Shown piece by piece: positions 15,715-24,838 of a stretch of DNA of 32,000 nt. The notes beneath the pieces were generated by a model. That model ran no database searches. It saw nothing but the letters and a program-made list of their open reading frames with translations, and was not told where the DNA came from. Within the stretch, counting starts at the first letter, position 1, and each line of letters opens with the position of its first letter. The position numbers were made by a program, and so were the translations under genes. The DNA is from Polynucleobacter hirudinilacicola (GTDB lineage Bacteria; Pseudomonadota; Gammaproteobacteria; Burkholderiales; Burkholderiaceae): contig NZ_NAIA01000003.1 of NCBI RefSeq assembly GCF_002192535.1, positions 841,201-873,200 of the forward strand, in the 5' to 3' direction.

Positions 15715-17799
15715 ATGAATCACAAACATTCTTTGTATGTTTGCAAAACAATTTTGTCTGTTTCCATCTATGGAATGATATTTAGTTCAGCCAAAGCACA
15801 AACACCAAATCTAGAAATTACCGCTACTGGATCACAAGAAGCTACCCAAAGCATCTTGACGCCAACCAAGGTTTTACAGGGCGATGAGTTACTCAATAAA
15901 CTGGGAACAACGCTTGGGGCAACTCTAGCAAATGAATTAGGCGTCTCTGCCACAGGCTATGGCGCTGGCTCTTCTCGTCCAGTCATACGTGGCCTGGAGG
16001 GTTCACGAGTGCAAATCTTACAAAATGGTCTATCTGTTGGAGATGTCTCTAATATCTCCCAAGATCATGCTGTTGGCAACAATATGCAAAATGCCCACCA
16101 AGTTGAGATTCTGAGAGGGGCTGCAGCCCTACTCTATGGCTCAGGCTCAAGTGGTGGCTTAGTGAATGTGGTGAATGACCGTATTCTGACTAATCTTCCT
16201 GATAGAGCAACGGGTGCAATTAATACTAGTTATGAAACTGTTAATAATGGACGTGCTGGATCACTTGAGGTTGATGGTGCCATCGGATCAGTAGCCGTAC
16301 ACGTAGATACCGCAATTAATAATGCCAACAATTACCGCATACCTGGCAGCTCGACACAGTCACAAGGCGAACCTGTTGGCGGTTGGACAGTTCCAGAAGG
16401 TGGAAATGGAGGTAATAACTACACAGGGAAACTTCCCAATACCTTTAGCAATCAAAACAATTTGGGAGTTGGAGTTTCTTATATAGGGCAAAACGGTTAC
16501 ACCGGTGTATCGGTTGAGCGTTTAAATAATAACTATGGCATTCCGACACCTGAAGGTGGATCAATTAATCAGTCGCAGAATCGTTATGACTTGCAGCATC
16601 AAACGCGTGACCCTTTTGCTGGCTTCTCATCATTTAAATTTAGTGCTGCAAATAGTAATTACAACCATACTGAATTTACGAATACTGGCGAAGCAGCATC
16701 TCTGTGGAAGAATATTGCTAATGAGGCCCGTTTTGAATTAGCTCATAATCCGATTGCTGGCTGGAAAGGCACCTTTGGAGCGCAAGTTTCTACTGCATCA
16801 CTCAATGCCACCGAAGTAGGTACCGGAAGCTATGCGATCGTACCGCCCACCAAGACTAACTCGAATGCCCTTTTCTGGATTGAGGAAGGCAAATGGAACT
16901 CCTTACAAGGTAATTTGGGTCTGCGTTATAACAACGTGGCACAAAAGCCTAACCTGGGAACTGAGTTAGAAACGCAAGTCATGAATACGGGTGCTGATAC
17001 ACCCAGCATCACCTTACAGAACCGCACTTTTAATTTGATGTCCTACTCTGCAGGAGGTTTATGGAACTTTATGCAAGGTCATGGTGTCGGTGTGGCTTAT
17101 ACCGTTTCACAACGAGCACCTAGTGCGCAAGAGCTTTACTCCTATGGTGCTCATGAATCTACTGCAACCTTTGATATTGGCAATCCGAATCTCAATAAAG
17201 AAACATCCCATAATCTAGAGTTCAATATCCAAAGGACAAGTGGCTTATTGCGTGGTAAAGCAAGTGTCTATGCTAATCGCTTTAATAACTATATTTATGG
17301 CTATTACACTGGTCAATCTGTTCCGGATGTTGAGAATTTTTCTGTAGTAGTCGCTCAACAGGCAGCGGCAACCATTAAGGGTATTGAAGGTGAATTGACC
17401 TATAACTGGCGTGAGCCAGGTCTTGGCGGTAGAGTTTTTGGTGATGCCTCGCAAGGAAGCTTTGATGCAGGCGGTAATTTACCTTTGCAACCAGCACCAA
17501 GACTTGGCGCTGAGATAGCGCATCAACGCAATGGCTGGCTCACTAATGCGACTTATATCTATAGCTATCAGCAAAACCGCCTGGCAAGCTGGGAACAAGG
17601 TCCAGCACCAAGTTACAACCTATTAAATGCTGGCATCTCGTATACAGAAAAAATTCAGCAGGTGAATTGGACTGTTTATCTCAATATGAAGAACTTACTC
17701 AATGAGCAGATTCGGTATGCAACCACTCCAATGGCTGTGAGACTGTATGCACCTCAGCCAGGTAGAAGCTTTATGGTTGGGCTACGGGGTACGTTTTAA
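15715..17799 (+). CDS. TonB-dependent outer-membrane receptor (metal-type plug)
   Basis: 694 aa. Signal peptide, plug motif SSRPVIRGLEGSRVQILQNGL, EILRGAAALLYGSG, and terminal beta-strand MVGLRGTF ending in Phe. SD GAGAGG. Confidence 0.9.
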   Translation: MNHKHSLYVCKTILSVSIYGMIFSSAKAQTPNLEITATGSQEATQSILTPTKVLQGDELLNKLGTTLGATLANELGVSATGYGAGSSRPVIRGLEGSRVQILQNGLSVGDVSNISQDHAVGNNMQNAHQVEILRGAAALLYGSGSSGGLVNVVNDRILTNLPDRATGAINTSYETVNNGRAGSLEVDGAIGSVAVHVDTAINNANNYRIPGSSTQSQGEPVGGWTVPEGGNGGNNYTGKLPNTFSNQNNLGVGVSYIGQNGYTGVSVERLNNNYGIPTPEGGSINQSQNRYDLQHQTRDPFAGFSSFKFSAANSNYNHTEFTNTGEAASLWKNIANEARFELAHNPIAGWKGTFGAQVSTASLNATEVGTGSYAIVPPTKTNSNALFWIEEGKWNSLQGNLGLRYNNVAQKPNLGTELETQVMNTGADTPSITLQNRTFNLMSYSAGGLWNFMQGHGVGVAYTVSQRAPSAQELYSYGAHESTATFDIGNPNLNKETSHNLEFNIQRTSGLLRGKASVYANRFNNYIYGYYTGQSVPDVENFSVVVAQQAAATIKGIEGELTYNWREPGLGGRVFGDASQGSFDAGGNLPLQPAPRLGAEIAHQRNGWLTNATYIYSYQQNRLASWEQGPAPSYNLLNAGISYTEKIQQVNWTVYLNMKNLLNEQIRYATTPMAVRLYAPQPGRSFMVGLRGTF

Positions 17800-18710
17800 T
17801 ACAAATCTGGCACGTACATCTCAGGCGGGACGGGTCCACGTAAGTAATCTGGATTGTGGACTCGAGCTGGAAGCGTAATCTCTGGATGTGAAATTTCGTG
17901 ATATGGAATTTGAGTCAAGAGATGGCTGATGCAGTTTAAGCGAGCTTTTTTCTTATCGTTTGCCGCAACAACCCACCATGGCGCCTCAGGAATATGCGTA
18001 CGCTCTAGCATGGTCTCTTTAGCTTTAGTGTAAGCCTCCCAAAGGCGACGAGCCTCTAGATCCATGGGACTTAACTTCCACTGCTTTAAAGGATCATGAA
18101 TTCGCATCATGAAACGGTTGTACTGTTCATCATCGGAAATAGAGAACCAATACTTAATCAGAATGATTCCAGAGCTGATCATCATGCGCTCTAAATCAGG
18201 AACTGTTCTGAGGAATTCTTCATATTCTTTCTTGGTGCAGAATCCCATGACTTTTTCAACGCCAGCTCGGTTGTACCAGCTGCGATCAAAAAGAACTATC
18301 TCCCCGCCTGCAGGAAGTTGAGATATGTAACGCTGAAAATACCACTGAGTTCTCTCGCGTTCATTTGGCGCTGGTAAGGCAACGACTTTGCAAACTCGAG
18401 GGTTTAAGCGCTGGCTGATACGCTTAATAGCACCACCCTTACCTGCGGAATCACGTCCTTCAAATAAAACGGCAACCTTCACTTTATTAGCAACAACCCA
18501 GTCTTGTAGTTTGACTAGTTCGCTTTGGAGTCTAAATAACTCTTTGAAGTAAACATTTCGGGGGACGGTTGAATTGCCATCGCCATCAACCGAGAGGCGG
18601 CCATCATCCATTTCCATCTCGAGCTCTTCATCCATGCTATCCAGAATTTCTTCTTGAGCACGTTTGTACCACTCGGCCATCTCTTTATGCTTTGATGTCA
18701 TACGCTTCAT
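17796..18710 (-). CDS. ppk2: Polyphosphate kinase 2
   Basis: VLFEGRDSAGKGGAIKRI (PPK2 Walker A) and FDRSWYNRAGVE. Length and architecture fit a single-domain PPK2. Confidence 0.9.
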   Translation of the reverse strand: MKRMTSKHKEMAEWYKRAQEEILDSMDEELEMEMDDGRLSVDGDGNSTVPRNVYFKELFRLQSELVKLQDWVVANKVKVAVLFEGRDSAGKGGAIKRISQRLNPRVCKVVALPAPNERERTQWYFQRYISQLPAGGEIVLFDRSWYNRAGVEKVMGFCTKKEYEEFLRTVPDLERMMISSGIILIKYWFSISDDEQYNRFMMRIHDPLKQWKLSPMDLEARRLWEAYTKAKETMLERTHIPEAPWWVVAANDKKKARLNCISHLLTQIPYHEISHPEITLPARVHNPDYLRGPVPPEMYVPDLY

Positions 18711-18767
18711 ATCGTCCTTATATTCACATTTTTAGAATATATATATGACATATATATTACAACCCGT

Positions 18768-19556
18768 TTAATTGCAGTTTTTTGCTAAGTATTGGGCTAT
18801 TTGCTCCTGACTATGCAGTGCTAGACCTTTTCGATCCAATGCCTGACCTGATTTTGCTTTGATAGGCGAAAAGAATGTTAATACCACCCGTAGTCTTCGA
18901 TTTTTCAATATGCTGGCCATAGAACCGATCAAACCCATGTCACCGATAAAAGCAGGAACTTCAGAATGTTCACCGGTAATTTGATCGAAATACGCTAGAG
19001 CTAGAGTACATACCGGAACCTCTGCTTGAGCAGCCGCTTCAAATAAATTAGGCTTAAAGGTCTGAACACTTTTACCGATAGTAGAAGTACCTTCAGGAAA
19101 TATACAAATTGACTGGGTTTTTAATAGCACAGCCATATCAGTAACAACCTGCCTGGCATGTCTTGAGCTCTCTCTATTGATAAAAACCGTTCCTAGTTGT
19201 TTTGCCATCCATCCAAAAATTGGCCACCGCTCAACTTCAGACTTGGCTACAAAGCGAATCGGTTTGAAAGCATTAATCGCATGAATATCCATCCAAGACA
19301 CGTGATTAGCCGCTAGTAAACAGGAGGAGTCTGTAAGAGCATCTACATTGTTAACTTGCAACTGAATACCGAAAATCTTCAATAGTCGTTTTGACCATCT
19401 TTGGATATGTTGCTTCTTGCCATTAGCATTTAGGAATGGAAAAAGTACTAGCAAGGTCATTGCCCCGCGTAATACATGCAGCCACACCAGAAACCAGAGG
19501 GTGATGTATAGAAGAAATGGGGTGGCACGTTGCGAGGGTTGAATTGTATGTGTCAT
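18768..19556 (-). CDS. Lysophospholipid (PlsC-family) acyltransferase, possible OlsA-like
   Basis: HX4D motif ANHVSWMDI, FPEGT motif, N-terminal TM segment. Confidence 0.8.
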   Translation of the reverse strand: MTHTIQPSQRATPFLLYITLWFLVWLHVLRGAMTLLVLFPFLNANGKKQHIQRWSKRLLKIFGIQLQVNNVDALTDSSCLLAANHVSWMDIHAINAFKPIRFVAKSEVERWPIFGWMAKQLGTVFINRESSRHARQVVTDMAVLLKTQSICIFPEGTSTIGKSVQTFKPNLFEAAAQAEVPVCTLALAYFDQITGEHSEVPAFIGDMGLIGSMASILKNRRLRVVLTFFSPIKAKSGQALDRKGLALHSQEQIAQYLAKNCN

Positions 19557-19606
19557 AAGAGCTAGCTATATTCACTATCGTAAATCATATATGCATCGTC
19601 ATAAAA

Positions 19607-19635
19607 GTGTCTTAGAACTGTCATGATGCTTACAC
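19607..19635 (+). promoter_or_regulatory. Candidate Pho box (PhoB site) upstream of the plcP-like operon
   Basis: GTGTCTT-agaa-CTGTCAT-gatg-CTTACAC are 7-bp direct repeats with 4-bp spacers. The middle repeat is identical to the E. coli consensus CTGTCAT. A TAAT-containing -10 candidate follows about 10 bp downstream, and the site lies 25 bp before ATG 19660. Confidence 0.5.
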
Positions 19636-19659
19636 AGTCACTTGGCTTAATGTTGTTTC

Positions 19660-20469
19660 ATGATGCATTACAGAGCCATCTGGATTTCAGACGTACACCT
19701 AGGAACATCAGGGTGTCAGGCAAACTACCTCCTCGATTTCTTAAAGCATAACGAGGCTGACAAGTTCTATTTGGTAGGCGACATTATCGACGGCTGGAGG
19801 CTGAAAAAATCATTTTACTGGCCACAGGCACATAACGACGTAGTTCAAAAGCTATTACGTAAGGCTCGTAAAGGCTCTGAAGTTATCTATGTCCCAGGCA
19901 ATCATGATGAAAGTGCCAGACAATTCTTTGGCCTCTCTTTTGGTGATGTCAAAGTAGTCGAAGAATGCATTCATACAACCTTAGACGGCAGAAAGCTCTG
20001 GGTGACCCATGGCGACTTATTTGACGGAGTAATGCAGTACGCTAAGTGGTTGGCCTATGTAGGTGATACGCTTTATTCCTTCATTCTGTATATCAATCGA
20101 TATTTCAATATGTTGCGGGTCAAGATGGGTTTGCAATACTGGTCCCTGTCTCAATACCTCAAGCACCAAGTGAAGAATGCCGTTAGCTATATTGCTGACT
20201 TTGAACACATTATGGCTAGAGAAGCGCGTCTGCGCGGCTGTGATGGTGTTGTTTGTGGCCATATTCACAAAGCCGAGATCCGTGAAATTGACGGTCTCCT
20301 CTATTGCAACGATGGTGACTGGGTAGAGAGCCTCACTGCATTAGTTGAAACCCATACCGGGGAACTCAAAATTATTCATTGGCCACACATTAAAGGTGAG
20401 CCACTTGAAATTCCAGAAATTTCTTTCCAACCTGCCGTTCAACCACTCATCAAAGAGGCTGCGCTATGA
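19660..20469 (+). CDS. plcP: LpxH-like metallophosphoesterase, probable PlcP-type phospholipase C
   Basis: Metallophosphoesterase motifs ISDVHLG, VGDIIDGW, PGNHDE, THGDLFD, CGHIH, GDW. ATGA-coupled to a GT4 glycosyltransferase, as in the described plcP-agt lipid-remodelling pairs. Confidence 0.7.
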   Translation: MMHYRAIWISDVHLGTSGCQANYLLDFLKHNEADKFYLVGDIIDGWRLKKSFYWPQAHNDVVQKLLRKARKGSEVIYVPGNHDESARQFFGLSFGDVKVVEECIHTTLDGRKLWVTHGDLFDGVMQYAKWLAYVGDTLYSFILYINRYFNMLRVKMGLQYWSLSQYLKHQVKNAVSYIADFEHIMAREARLRGCDGVVCGHIHKAEIREIDGLLYCNDGDWVESLTALVETHTGELKIIHWPHIKGEPLEIPEISFQPAVQPLIKEAAL

Positions 20470-21494
20470 AAATTATGATCATCACCGATGCATGGGATCC
20501 ACAGGTAAATGGTGTTGTTCGCACCCTAAAACAAACTCGTGCTGAACTAACTGCAATGGGTCATGAAGTAGAAATGATTACCCCCAATGGTTTCAAGTCC
20601 ATTCCCTGTCCAACTTACCCAGATATCGCCCTCTCCCTATTTCCAGGAAAAGAAGTATCGCGCCGTATTAAAGAATTCGCGCCTGATGCAATGCATATTG
20701 CAACCGAAGGTCCACTAGGTCTATCTGCACGCTCATATGCCGTGAAGAATGATCTGCCATTTTCTACTGCTTATCACACTCGCTTTCCTGAGTATGTAAA
20801 AGCTCGTACGGGTATTCCTCTTGGAATTACCTATGCATTTATTCGCTGGTTCCATGGTCCATCAATGGCGGTAATGGCACCAACCGTTGTGGTGAAAGAT
20901 GATTTAGAAAAGTATGGCCTGCGCAATGTAGTACTGTGGTCAAGAGGCGTAGATCTTGATGTATTTAAGATGCAAGAATCCAAAGCTCTTAATACGGCGC
21001 ATCCAATCTTTTTATATGTAGGTCGCGTTGCCGTAGAAAAGAATATTAATGCATTTCTAGAGATCGACTTACCAGGCTCAAAGTGGGTAGTTGGTGATGG
21101 CCCTGCAATGGCTAGCATCAAGGAAAAATATCCAGAGATTAACTATCTCGGCGTATTACAGCAACATGAATTAGCTAAAGTTTATGCGGCTGCCGATGTC
21201 TTTGTATTCCCCAGTAAAACCGATACCTTTGGCTTAGTACTACTTGAAGCAATGGCCTGCGGCACTCCTGTGGCTGCCTATCCAGTAACCGGCCCTATTG
21301 ATGTCTTGGGTGATTCTCCTGCTGGGGCTATGAACGAGGATTTGCGTGAAGCGTGCATTGCGGCATTAAAGATTCCTCGCGAGGCAGCGCGTGCACATGC
21401 TGAGAAATTCTCATGGAAAGCTGCTTCCGAGCAATTTGTAAATCACCTCAAGCCAGTTCCATCACCTGAAGTACACGTGACAGCGCTAGCTTAA
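20466..21494 (+). CDS. GT4-family glycosyltransferase, probable glycosyl-diacylglycerol synthase (Agt-like)
   Basis: N-terminus MKIMIITDAWDPQVNGVV. C-terminal EX7E-type region FVFPSKTDTFGLVLLEAMACGTPV. Confidence 0.8.
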   Translation: MKIMIITDAWDPQVNGVVRTLKQTRAELTAMGHEVEMITPNGFKSIPCPTYPDIALSLFPGKEVSRRIKEFAPDAMHIATEGPLGLSARSYAVKNDLPFSTAYHTRFPEYVKARTGIPLGITYAFIRWFHGPSMAVMAPTVVVKDDLEKYGLRNVVLWSRGVDLDVFKMQESKALNTAHPIFLYVGRVAVEKNINAFLEIDLPGSKWVVGDGPAMASIKEKYPEINYLGVLQQHELAKVYAAADVFVFPSKTDTFGLVLLEAMACGTPVAAYPVTGPIDVLGDSPAGAMNEDLREACIAALKIPREAARAHAEKFSWKAASEQFVNHLKPVPSPEVHVTALA

Positions 21495-21507
21495 AAGAAG
21501 GCATCAC

Positions 21508-21912
21508 TTGAACTCTAAATACCACATTAACCAAAATCCTCATAAAGGCAATCGAGGATTAACCAGGGCTTGGCACGCTGCCAAAAACTCTTGGTGTGGT
21601 TTGGTTTACGCTTTTTTAGAGGAAAGTGCATTCAGACAAGAGCTCACCCTATTTGCAATATTGACCCCAGTCGCCCTTTACCTACCAACTACTAACCTAG
21701 AAAAAGCTTTACTAATTTCTTCCTTGATCATGGTGCTGGTTGTGGAGTTATTAAATTCTAGCGTAGAGGCAGCTATTGATCGCATCTCTTTTGAACATCA
21801 CGATTTATCCAAAAGAGCTAAAGATTTTGGCTCAGCAGCTGTAATGCTAGCCCTATTCATTGCCCTTTTAATGTGGTCTGCAGTATGCATTCCGCTTGTC
21901 TTAAAACTGTAA
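21508..21912 (+). CDS. dgkA: Diacylglycerol kinase
   Basis: Collinear with E. coli DgkA (SWCGLVYAFLEESAFRQE, VVELLNSSVEAAIDRI, SKRAKDFGSAAV). TTG start with GAAGG 6 nt upstream. Confidence 0.9.
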   Translation: MNSKYHINQNPHKGNRGLTRAWHAAKNSWCGLVYAFLEESAFRQELTLFAILTPVALYLPTTNLEKALLISSLIMVLVVELLNSSVEAAIDRISFEHHDLSKRAKDFGSAAVMLALFIALLMWSAVCIPLVLKL

Positions 21913-21956
21913 CAAACGACCTCTACAGTCATACAAACATTCAATAAGGCTTACTT

Positions 21957-22883
21957 ATGTCAGATATTCCGAACCCAATTGGCGCCTTTGAAATTTTCTC
22001 CATCAAAAAAGAGAAAAAGCTTACTGTCCCCAAATCAAACCCCTTTAAGAAGCTTTCTAAAAAACTAGCCAAGAAGCTCTTTGGTAAGAAATTTGCTACT
22101 AAAGCACGTGCAGAGATTGCTGCAGTTGAAATAGCACCAACAGTAAATCCAGTTACTAAAGCGAAGAAGCCATCATTTCAAATTGAATGGGCTAGCTCTT
22201 CTAGTGAAGTTAAAGAAGCGCAAAGATTGCGTTACAAAGTTTTTGCGGAAGAAATGGGTGCAAACCTCTCTCAAAATGCAGAAGGTCTAGATATTGATGA
22301 ATTCGATGCATACTGCGATCATTTATTAATCCGTGACCAAGATACTTTAAAAGTGGTTGGTACCTATCGCGTGTTACCTCCACACAAAGCACAAGAAATT
22401 GGCCGCTTATATTCTGATGCGGAATTTGATTTATCCCGTTTAGATCATTTACGCCCAAAATTGGTTGAATTAGGTCGCTCTTGCGTCCACCAAGACTATC
22501 GCTCTGGTGCGGTCATCATGGCCCTATGGAGTGGTTTAGCACAATACATGCAAAAGAATGGTTATGAAATCATGCTTGGCTGTGCCAGTATTCCGATGGC
22601 TGATGGTGGCCACTTTGCAGCGAGCTTATACAACTCTCTCAATAGCGATCAAATGGCGCCAACGGAGTTTCATGCCTTCCCTCGTCTTCCACTGCCATTA
22701 GATAAACTAAACGGTGGATTAGAAGTAGACGCCCCTCCACTAATTAAAGGCTACCTCAAGCTTGGCGCTAAGATTTGCAGTTCACCAGCCTGGGATCCAG
22801 ACTTTAATACGGCGGACTTGCTAACCATGCTGCGCTTATCGGATATCAATCCACGTTACGCAAAACACTTCTTAGGTTTGTAA
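21957..22883 (+). CDS. GNAT-type N-acyltransferase, OlsB-like (ornithine/amino-lipid synthesis), with a Lys-rich N-terminal extension
   Basis: AQRLRYKVFAEEMGA...DEFDAYCDHLLIRD...VVGTYRVL...YSDAEFD fits the OlsB/Acetyltransf_5 pattern. About 75 unusual Lys-rich residues precede the domain. Confidence 0.75.
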   Translation: MSDIPNPIGAFEIFSIKKEKKLTVPKSNPFKKLSKKLAKKLFGKKFATKARAEIAAVEIAPTVNPVTKAKKPSFQIEWASSSSEVKEAQRLRYKVFAEEMGANLSQNAEGLDIDEFDAYCDHLLIRDQDTLKVVGTYRVLPPHKAQEIGRLYSDAEFDLSRLDHLRPKLVELGRSCVHQDYRSGAVIMALWSGLAQYMQKNGYEIMLGCASIPMADGGHFAASLYNSLNSDQMAPTEFHAFPRLPLPLDKLNGGLEVDAPPLIKGYLKLGAKICSSPAWDPDFNTADLLTMLRLSDINPRYAKHFLGL

Positions 22884-22891
22884 TCTCGTTT

Positions 22892-24454
22892 TTACTTCAA
22901 ACTGAGTTCGTAAGAGCGGCCGATGCGAGACCATTCGGCCGCTTCTTTTAGTAGGCTGAACTCTGTTAAGGGGTGGGTTTGGGCCCATTCTTTAGAAATG
23001 CATACCTGGTAAGCACCATCATTTTCAGAAACTTTTACCTTCGGTAAGTCTTCATCGCTTCTACCACGACAAAGTACTTGGGCTAATCGCAGGCAAAACA
23101 ACATGCGCCAATCATGAAAGCCGGCGTTGTTTGCAAGCTTACCTAATTTACCGGTATGCCCAATCAAGAGTGCAGCTAAGCGGGCTTGATCGTTTTTAGA
23201 AAAGCCCGGCATATCAGCATTACCTGCTATGTAGGCCGAATGTTTGTGATACCCGTTATGCGAGATGGATAGACCAATCTCATGCAAATTAGCAGCCCAT
23301 TGCAACAGTGCAATATTGTCAACCCTGCTCTCTGTATCTGGTTTAGGTAATTGCTGCAAGAATTCAGAAGCTAACTTTCCAACGCGGGTTGCTTGTTCAC
23401 GATCTGCGGAATACCGCTGCATAAACTGCTCAACGGTTACATAACGCATGTCATGATGTTGAGAGCGGCCCAGAAGGTCATAGAGAACGCCAGTACGCAA
23501 AGCAGCATCGGTAACCTCCATCTCTTCGATACCGAGCTCATCAAATACAGCCAACATAATGGCTAAGCCACCAGGCCAGACAGCCCTTCGATCATCCTTC
23601 AGTCCTAAAAGCTCAACTTGACTAATATGTTCATATTTCAGGAGGTGCTTTTTCATAGCACGCAAACTATCGCGCGTAATGAGACCGCTAGAAGTATTCA
23701 CACCCCCTAAAGTCAAACCATCACTATGGCCATTGAAGTCATTGGCAGCAATTAATTCAGCAAGGGCTCTGGCGGTACCAGAGGAGCCAATCGCTTGTTT
23801 CCAGCCGCTCTTCAGATATGCCCCTGCAATAACCTGGATCTCACGCCTAGCTGCTAATTCAGCTTCTTTAAAAGCATGAGAATCAATACTACCTTTAGGG
23901 AAAAAACGCATGCTATGGGAAACACAGCCGATATACAGGCTTTCCATGAGCTTGGGTTCATAACCCTTACCGATAATAAATTCGGTAGAACCGCCGCCAA
24001 TATCGACTACCAGGCGGTTACCGTGAACTGCGGGAACTTCATGCGCAGCACCGATATAAATCAATCGCGCCTCTTCAACCCCTGCGATGACCTCAATTGG
24101 AAAGCCCAAGGCCTCTTGTGCATCTTTTACAAATTGCGGGGCATTCTTAGCAACACGTAAAGTATTGGTAGCAACTGCGCGGACATTAGATGGATCAAAG
24201 CCTCGAATGCGCTCGCCAAAACGTCTAATCGAGGTTAAGCCCCTTTGATAGGCGTCATTGCCTAAGAGTTTGTTTTCGGTAAGACCTGCTGCTAGTCTCA
24301 CTGAATCACGCAAGGTATCTATGGGACGAAGTTGCATTCCCGATGGCGTATTAACAGCCTGAGCAACCAACATACGAAAACTGTTGGATCCCAAATCTAC
24401 TGCTGCGACTAAGTCGCCAGAAGAAGATGTGGAGTCGTCAGAATGAATTGCCAA
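22892..24454 (-). CDS. ppx: Exopolyphosphatase (Ppx/GppA family)
   Basis: ASKHA fold N-terminus AAVDLGSNSFRMLVA and VVDIGGGSTEF. HD-like C-terminal domain. TTG start with AGGGA upstream. Confidence 0.9.
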   Translation of the reverse strand: MAIHSDDSTSSSGDLVAAVDLGSNSFRMLVAQAVNTPSGMQLRPIDTLRDSVRLAAGLTENKLLGNDAYQRGLTSIRRFGERIRGFDPSNVRAVATNTLRVAKNAPQFVKDAQEALGFPIEVIAGVEEARLIYIGAAHEVPAVHGNRLVVDIGGGSTEFIIGKGYEPKLMESLYIGCVSHSMRFFPKGSIDSHAFKEAELAARREIQVIAGAYLKSGWKQAIGSSGTARALAELIAANDFNGHSDGLTLGGVNTSSGLITRDSLRAMKKHLLKYEHISQVELLGLKDDRRAVWPGGLAIMLAVFDELGIEEMEVTDAALRTGVLYDLLGRSQHHDMRYVTVEQFMQRYSADREQATRVGKLASEFLQQLPKPDTESRVDNIALLQWAANLHEIGLSISHNGYHKHSAYIAGNADMPGFSKNDQARLAALLIGHTGKLGKLANNAGFHDWRMLFCLRLAQVLCRGRSDEDLPKVKVSENDGAYQVCISKEWAQTHPLTEFSLLKEAAEWSRIGRSYELSLK

Positions 24455-24487
24455 AATAGTCCCTAAAAATACTTACACCAATCGAAT

Positions 24488-24527
24488 ATGTCTATTTTAT
24501 GAAATATCCATGACACATTGATGAAAT
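24488..24527 (-). promoter_or_regulatory. Four 11-bp-phased TGTCAT-like heptamers (tandem Pho-box candidates) upstream of ppx
   Basis: The minus strand reads ATTTCAT-caat-GTGTCAT-ggat-ATTTCAT-aaaa-TAGACAT. A TAAGTAT -10 candidate lies 12 bp downstream. Confidence 0.45.
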
Positions 24528-24553
24528 TACAGCTCAGTCCAATAGGAATAAGG

Positions 24554-24763
24554 CTATGCGGCTAGGTTTTGCTCCGCGCTAGAACAATCTAGGTCTCCGA
24601 AGCTGCAAAAAATACAGCAATCACCAGATTTAGGCTTCAAGATGCAAGCACAAGCGCGGCAACGATACAAATGCTGAGAGGATCCTCTTGGAATCTCTAG
24701 AGTCTCTGTCGCCTGGCAGTACGGACAAGTAATGGTCGAATGTTGTTTTTCTTGGGCGGTCAC
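24554..24763 (-). CDS. GDCCVxC-domain zinc-ribbon protein
   Basis: 69 aa with CPYC...CRAC followed by GDCCIFCSFG, which matches the GDCCVxC family signature. GTG start. Confidence 0.7.
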   Translation of the reverse strand: MTAQEKQHSTITCPYCQATETLEIPRGSSQHLYRCRACACILKPKSGDCCIFCSFGDLDCSSAEQNLAA

Positions 24764-24785
24764 AGAGATATAGTGGACTGCAGAT

Positions 24786-24825
24786 ATTTCAGGAATATGT
24801 CAGACCCCATCCAGCTCAATGACAA
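24786..24825 (-). promoter_or_regulatory. Four 11-bp-phased heptamers (Pho-box-like) upstream of the GDCCVxC gene
   Basis: The minus strand reads TTGTCAT-tgag-CTGGATG-gggt-CTGACAT-attc-CTGAAAT. The promoter geometry relative to the GTG start is awkward. Confidence 0.35.
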
Positions 24826-24838
24826 TACCTTTTCAACT

